From Klebsormidium nitens (lineage: Eukaryota > Plantae > Klebsormidiophyceae), in contig DF236963.1 in the NCBI GenBank assembly GCA_000708835.1, positions 124,001 through 188,000 of the forward strand: a stretch of DNA of 64,000 nt, read 5' to 3'. The notes under the pieces are model-generated. The model worked only from the letters and a program-made list of their open reading frames with translations, made no database searches and was not told the origin of the DNA. Shown piece by piece: positions 57,901 to 64,000 of this stretch (position 1 is its first letter; the number at the start of each line of letters is the position of its first letter). Position numbers and translations under genes: made by a program.

Positions 57901-60900
57901 AAAGAGTCAGAAAAGGTTGGTTCTCGAGCTGTCATTCTTGAATTTTGAGAGCTCTTCTGTTAGGTGAGTACGTTACAGTCGACAGCGAGGTCGTCAAGCT
58001 GCTGGACGAACAAACGGAGCAGCTGCGCATCCTGCAGGTAGGGCTTGCGATCTTCGACGTGTTTTCTTGTTCTTCAATTTCCTGAAGACTTCGCAACTTT
58101 TGCCTCAATACTCTGTCAGTCCTGAAGCTTGTGAGCTTGATTCTGGTGTGGATTCTGGGGGTCGTTGGAGTGGTCGTCAAGCTGCTGAATGAACAGATGG
58201 AGCAGCTGCGCATCGTACGAGTGGGGGCCCGCCAATCTGCTCATTCGGTCATTTTGCGTACTATTTTGTGTAATATAAAGAGGTTAGCTCACTCCCTGTC
58301 ATTCTTGATTTTGTGAGCTCGTCTGTTGCGTGAGTACGTCACTCGCTCAAGACTGTGAAACTCGGATGCTCACAGAAAGTATGCATCTTCAGTAAGAGAG
58401 AAAGCTTCCGAACGGGCTCTCTCTCAATTATCCCCATCTGTTTCAAGTAATCACTGCGAGTGTTGGTCTTGTTCGCAGGAGGAGACGGCGCAGATGACGG
58501 CGCGTGAGGTGGCGGAGATGAAGGCGCGGTGGGCGGCCGAAGACGCGGAGCACCGCGCGAGAGAGGAGGCGCTGCGCGAGCGGCAGCGCGAGGTGCGGCG
58601 AGAGCTGCTCTCTTCTGCGCTGCGCTTAGACACTTTCGAATCCTCGACAGGAAACTAATGGACTTTTCTGCGCTGCGCATTCACGCTTTCATTGGATCCA
58701 TCCTAAGGAGAACTAGTGCTCTTTTCTGCGCTTTGTATCTATGCTTGTGTAAAGCAGCGGCAGGATACTGCTGTCTGTCAAATGCTGAGAAGAGAAGGAG
58801 CCTGTTATTATTTGATGGGGCAAGGCGCTTTGGCATACCGCTCAAACCCGAAAAAAAGATCGTCACGAGCTTGTTCCGGCGACATGTTGTTCGAACGCTC
58901 GGTTTTGGCAGATCGCCGGGAAGTCTTACGAAAAGCACGGTTGCTGAGATTGTTGCTGACCAGTGCGCGCGCGCCTGGCAGGTGGGGCGCGAGCTGCTCA
59001 CATTCAACGAGCAGAAGAAGGTGGAGCGGCAGGCCAAGGAGGACCAAGAGCGGCGGTACGACCACGAAATGATCGAACAGGTGGGGCTTTCTGTAGGTTG
59101 GAGTCCCGTTTTGGGTCTCGTTTCGGGTTTGGTATTGGATTTCGGCTTGGAATCTGGGAATTTTGACTCCGGGCTCGCCTTTTGAGCTTCTCCTGTGCGG
59201 CGGAACGACAACCGGATGATCGAGCAGGTGGGGGTTCTGAGGTATTAGGTTCCATTTTGGGTCTCGTTTTGGGGTCTCTTTCCGGGTCTTCTTTTCGGGT
59301 TGCGACTCCACGGTACCTTTCGATCGGACTGTTGGTGTGGACTAGGGGCGGCGGTACGACCACGAATTGATCGAGCAGGTGGGAAAATCTGTTCAGTTGG
59401 AGTTCGGGGCTCTAAACCATCACCCAAGTAATGTTCCTAATCGACGTCAAGGTCAGCTTGACGGGTGATATAATTCGTACCTGTACAGCTCGAGCGGAAT
59501 CGGGACAGGGGGTGTCTTGGATTTCTCGAGGGATCCAGAGTTTCACGGTTGTAATGTAGTCGATTGCGTTCGACGATCGCACGGAATGATTAGAGACAGT
59601 CTCCAAGGCTTCCGGATGGTCTTTTTGAATAAAGCAAAGGAGGAAAAATAACCTTGATAGACTGTGAGCCAAGGGTGCCAATTGGCTTGCTCGAAGGACT
59701 TGCGGGAAAAGGGTTGTCCGTGAGCTTGAGCGCAAGCGTGCAATCGTCTTACTATTTTGAGAGGCGCTTCTGCTGACAGCGCCGCCACTTGGTAAATCTG
59801 GCGACATATCTGTTCCGCTCGTTTCAAAGTCGCACAATCGCCTGCTCTACTTGTAGACCATCTTATGCTGCACCGCGAACGGTCGCTTGGCGCACCAGCG
59901 AACGATTTCCGCATCAAATAGCAGCATGCGAGTGTAACCCTACCCAAGAAGTAGGAACTTAATTAGATTTGACTGGCCTTGGGTTATTTCTGAGGGCCTT
60001 CTTTTGCACCGGTGCAGACTCTTCGTAGAGAGCGGGAAGAGGAGCAGCGGGAACGCGAGGCGCGGGACAGGGCCAAGGAGGAGGAGCGGATATACAGGTG
60101 CGCCGCTCTCGCCCGGCAACCCAATCTTTCGATTTTAGGAGTGAACTTGGACTACGCGACATTTGGATTTGACACTGAGAAATACAGAGTCGGAGGAATG
60201 ATACCAAGCAACGCTTGGCATTTTCCTGAGTTCTCCTGATCTCGTTCTGGCCATACTGTAACAGGAAAAGAAACTTCAGATCACAAATCCGACGTCGGGA
60301 GTGCCGGTAATCGCCGTTAGCTTGTGCGTTGGAAGTGCGACGGTACATCGCCCCGTGAAAACAACACCTGAGAACTTGGGCGCCCATGAGAAACGTAGAT
60401 TGCTCTAGCGGGGGATATTTCGCCGCGAAGTTTCGAAGGCCACTGTCATCACCAAAAGCCAATCGAGAGCTAAATTACGTTTGCTTCTCAACTTCACCGT
60501 TCTTGACTGCATTCGTCGTGCTCTTTGAGGCCTCTGCCCGCATACGTGCACGACTTTTGAATGTATGTGGGCGGTCAATCCGAGATAGAAGAGAAGACCT
60601 CTTCGGAGGACTGCGAGGTAGGGCCCAACGGTGCTTCTTTCCAGGGTCATCGGAAAGGGTTTTCGCCTTATCTCGAGTGCTGTCGTGGTCAAGCAGGCCT
60701 TTGTGAAGTTCAGACAGAAGTCCGTTCAAGTTTCTGAGCAGGTTCTCTACCCGGCGCGGAGTGCGTGCAGGCAACACCTGGCAGTGGCAGCCCTGCTGCA
60801 GAGTCCGCAGATGGAAAGCCTTCGGGGCCGGACATCTCAGACCTTCTAAACATACAGGGGCAGAATGAAACTACCAAGACTGTGAGACATTCAAATCATA

Positions 60901-63152
60901 AGACTGAATGTTCTTGTTCGGCTCGTGCGCAGGCAGCACCTGGCGGCGCGAATGCAGCGTGGGCAGGCGGACCGGACCGATCAACCAAACTCGCGGATGA
61001 GACACCTGCATAAGCGCCCAGATGATGGAGATCAGACAGAGACCAACCGAAACTGACACACAGAACAAGAAGGGCGAATGGAGAGGGGGAAAACATTGAA
61101 AATCATTCCCATTCATGTGCGCGCAGGCAACACCTCGCGGCACTGATGCAGCGCGAGCAGGTGGACGAGGCGGAGAAGGACGCAATGATCAAGGCGGCGG
61201 AGGACGCGGCGTGGGCCAAGCGGGAGGCCACGTGGCGGCGCGACAGGGTGGCACGTGCCCGCCTCATGGAGCAGGTCGCGCAGGAGCGGGCGCAGCAGCT
61301 GGCGGAGAAAGGTGAGGGGCGAATGGGATTCAGAATTTGGATTTGGAGGTTGGAGCTTACAGCCTTACAGCCTTTTGGGGGCTCGTGGTTCTGGGGTTTG
61401 GGATTTGGAGGTTCTGGCTCGGATTTGGAGTCTGAGATTCTTCTTTAATGTCTGGGGGCCTGCGATTTGGCCTACAGAAAAGGAATTCGTTTGCGAGCTT
61501 CCTGGAGGGCTCAGGGAGTGATCTATTCGGGATCAAGAATGGCATCTGCTTCAGCTGTGGTTGAAGAAACCTTGTTCGCCTGTCCTTTGTTCCTTCACGC
61601 AAGCGCCGCTCTTTACTTTGCCTCACCTTCGTTTGCTTCCCACCGGCCTTTTGTTTTTATGCTTCCTGGCAGTGCACCATGGAAGTTCCCTTTCAGAGCT
61701 TCTTCACGCATTTTGCGTGGCGACATTTCGACCGCGCGTTTGCAGATCCGACGCCGATAGAGTACCTCCTGACAAGAGAGGGAAAGGCGACGTTACGTGG
61801 AACCGCTCTGAGATTAGGTGTCTGGCAATTGGTGACGCACCATGACATGATTGCTCAAACTTTGTGCTCAAAGCAGGTCTTCTAGAATCTTCTGGAGAAT
61901 TGAATGCGCCGTTTTCCATCTTCACAGAGGAAACGCGCGCGCGCATGGAGGCCGAGAAGGAGGTGGAGCGGCTGCGCTTCATGGAGGAGCTCGCGCAGAT
62001 CCGCGCGGAGGAGGAGGGGAAAGTGCGGGACAAGAAGAGGGTGAGAGAGCATGCCGCGCAACCTGACTCCTGAGCACACGCAAAATCGTTGCAACTCTTC
62101 GCGCTTGAGGTGCTTTTGATACTTACTCGGTTGGGACCTTCAAGGAGGGACCACTCTACGCATGCCATGCGCTAGACATCTGACGAGATACGAAAACGGA
62201 GTTCTTTCTTGAACGCAGGCTCAGGAAGCTCAACGCGCAAAGTCAAGATACATACACAAAATGAGAAGCCGTGGGTCTAAGCTGCTTTTACTGCTCATCC
62301 GGCGTTCGAACAAAGAGCCATTCAACGCAGGCTACACTTGACACCTGGATGGATATAAACACAGACGTGAATTGTCGACACAGGCTCAGGAAACGCAGCG
62401 CATAAAGATCATATTAAGTACGTAAATGATGAAGCCGTTGGTCTAAGCTGCTTGTAAGACTCCCTTGTTTTCAGACTTTTCAAAGAAAGCCACTCTGCGC
62501 ATATCTCGCTCTAGGCGTTTGACAAGAGTTCGAAACGACTCTGTTTCTCTTCGCGTAGGCTCAAGAAGCTCAGCGCGGAGAGATTGACCGGCAGCTCCGA
62601 ATGAAGCACGCGCTGCAGGAGACGAAAGCGGACCGGGTGCGGAAAGAGGTGGAAGGTACGCTGACCTGATTTTTCTTCCCCTTGTCGCGATCCTCAGCTA
62701 TTTGGCAGTACAGTTACAAAGAGAATCGAAAATACAAAACCGAGGGCTACTTCACGCTCACCTTCAAGCTTACCTACGACTGTACCAGGGAATATGTTGT
62801 TACCACAGAAAAGAGCTCCAGAAAAGGGCTCACATGCCGTTGATCTTAAGTACTATGAGACGCTCTTTTTGGAGGCCTTTCGATCCGCTCCTCTTTGCAT
62901 CACCGAGCTGAAGCCTCGGACGACTTTACGGCAGTTCTCAAGCCCTTCTTAAGCCACCCTACAGTGTTTGTCCAAGCAAGTGAGAAGCTTTGAGCGGATG
63001 CACGGATGCGTCTCTTAACAGTCAATCTTGTCTCGTCTTCTGCAGAAGCCAAAGCGCAAGACCAAGTCTTCCAGACGATGGTCTCGAAAGCTACGTCCGT
63101 CCCGCTGCAAAAGAAGTACCATGGTCGGAGAAAATTTGACTGGTACAGCTGA
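54950..63152 (+). CDS. CFAP53: Cilia- and flagella-associated protein 53 (CCDC11/FAP53; trichohyalin-plectin-homology coiled coil, axonemal microtubule inner protein)
   Basis: Exons 54950..55225, 56743..56939, 57667..57862, 58479..58592, 58982..59080, 60018..60097, 61127..61311, 61928..62040, 62559..62655, 63046..63152, all phase-consistent. Signature AEWE..TD...RLEERRERLAEMLRAEE...ERKRLADELLFQRWREGCDAVR, then WAKREATWRRDRVARARLMEQV and a terminal KKYHGRRKFDWYS. Confidence 0.85.
56325..56780 (+). repeat. Three degenerate copies of the acceptor and 5' end of CFAP53 exon 2
   Basis: ctca(a/g)gagctgcgc.gcctggagatc at 56325, 56464 and 56581; functional copy at 56739. Confidence 0.9.
57977..58230 (+). 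repeat. Two degenerate copies of the 3' end and donor of CFAP53 exon 3
   Basis: gtcgtcaagctgctg(g/a)a(c/t)gaaca..(c/t)ggagcagctgcgcat at about 57990 and 58172 versus the exon copy at about 57816-57862. Confidence 0.9.
59197..59383 (+). repeat. Two degenerate copies of the 3' end and donor of CFAP53 exon 5
   Basis: gcggcggaacgacaaccggatgatcgagcaggtggg (59197) and gcggcggtacgaccacgaattgatcgagcaggtggg (59348) versus exon gcggcggtacgaccacgaaatgatcgaacaggtggg. Confidence 0.9.
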
Positions 63153-64000
63153 GCGGTGTACTGTCTAGCACGTGGCGAGTATTATAAATTAGTAAGCTTG
63201 TGAACATTCTAATTCTCTCTGTGTATACCTTCTATATCCACGGTGGATTCACCTATCATGACCACGGGATGCAGGCGCTCTGAAATCTCTCTCGTATATG
63301 CAATCCGGATACTCAGGTTGACGTGTCCGGCCTGATAAGATCGACTTACATCTTCAAGCCCCTCGCAGAATCTCTACGAGCCAGAACAGATAACTGTAGG
63401 GCTATAATCGAATGTCCAATCACCGCATAATCATAATCATTATTCAACCCTTTCTGCAAATGCAAACAACCGTCGCGGCTTGGCATGCTCTACATATTAG
63501 CCTCATGTCTAAACTGAGCAGGCACCCGCCAAAATGTGTTGCAGGCTGCACCAGGGCACGTCGATGTACTTTGATTGACGCAATATGTGGCTTAGACTAT
63601 CGTATACTTGCATGATTTGGCACATGGTACGTCAGTGTGCGTGAAACGTATGAAGCCGTCGAGCCGGCCCAGTATATAGCCGGCAAACGACAGACAAACT
63701 ATTTGCAAAAGAGCCAGAAAACAAAGGTTTCATATACCGCTGATATTCGCGAGAACTTCGAAACAATATAGCTTATATTGCGCGACGAATTGGGAAAGGC
63801 GCTGGTGGAAGCATACCCGGAGGCTACCCATCGTAATTACGCAGCCACACCTCGAGCCATCACCCGGTGGCGTGCAAAGCAGCGCAACCTCCATATGTGC
63901 GGCCTCACGCATGCGCAGATCTCAGGGAGGCGCTTTGGAACTGCTCTTTTCGAATCAATCATTCTCATGTAGTAAACACTAATCCAAGGAAAAGGTGAAG

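Noticed and set aside
57433-59363. Multiple Ser/Arg/Pro-rich ORFs on both strands across CFAP53
   Set aside because: Shadows or off-frame readings of GC-rich coiled-coil exons and their intronic echoes.
1-64000. Prokaryotic defence system, operon, prophage, tRNA/rRNA or intact retroelement
   Set aside because: All recognisable coding sequence is spliced eukaryotic genes; no RT, integrase, transposase, cas or structural-RNA signature was visible by eye. A covariance-model and profile search would be needed to exclude small RNAs.

Overview
Eukaryotic, intron-rich, gene-dense nuclear DNA with no prokaryotic or phage character. Land-plant-type genes sit beside an axonemal gene, which suggests a streptophyte (charophyte, Klebsormidium-like) green alga; this is an inference. 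I spliced nine genes by hand using GT/GC-AG sites and phase continuity: starch synthase 4 (cut off at the left edge), a remorin-like coiled-coil protein, an At2g33490-type BAR-domain protein (apparent 1-nt frameshift in a C-run), two peroxiredoxin Q paralogs flanking a WDR20/CreC-type WD40 gene, an ABA4/DUF4281-family membrane protein, a bifunctional nuclease (DUF151) and CFAP53. A tenth, less certain model is a small single-TM orphan. The most striking unexplained structure is a recurring 'exon-junction echo': introns of the BAR, CFAP53 and WD40 genes carry tandem, decayed copies of the adjacent exon edge plus its splice site (up to about 9 copies). The ABA4-like gene has a perfect 40-bp duplication of the intron stretch just before its acceptor. 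Several echoes keep splice dinucleotides and some show CpG-type decay. Most intergenic gaps also contain blocks rich in short palindromes (CATG/TGCA/TATA/GGCC). No tRNA, rRNA, CRISPR array or intact transposon was recognised. All exon models are manual and lack transcript support.
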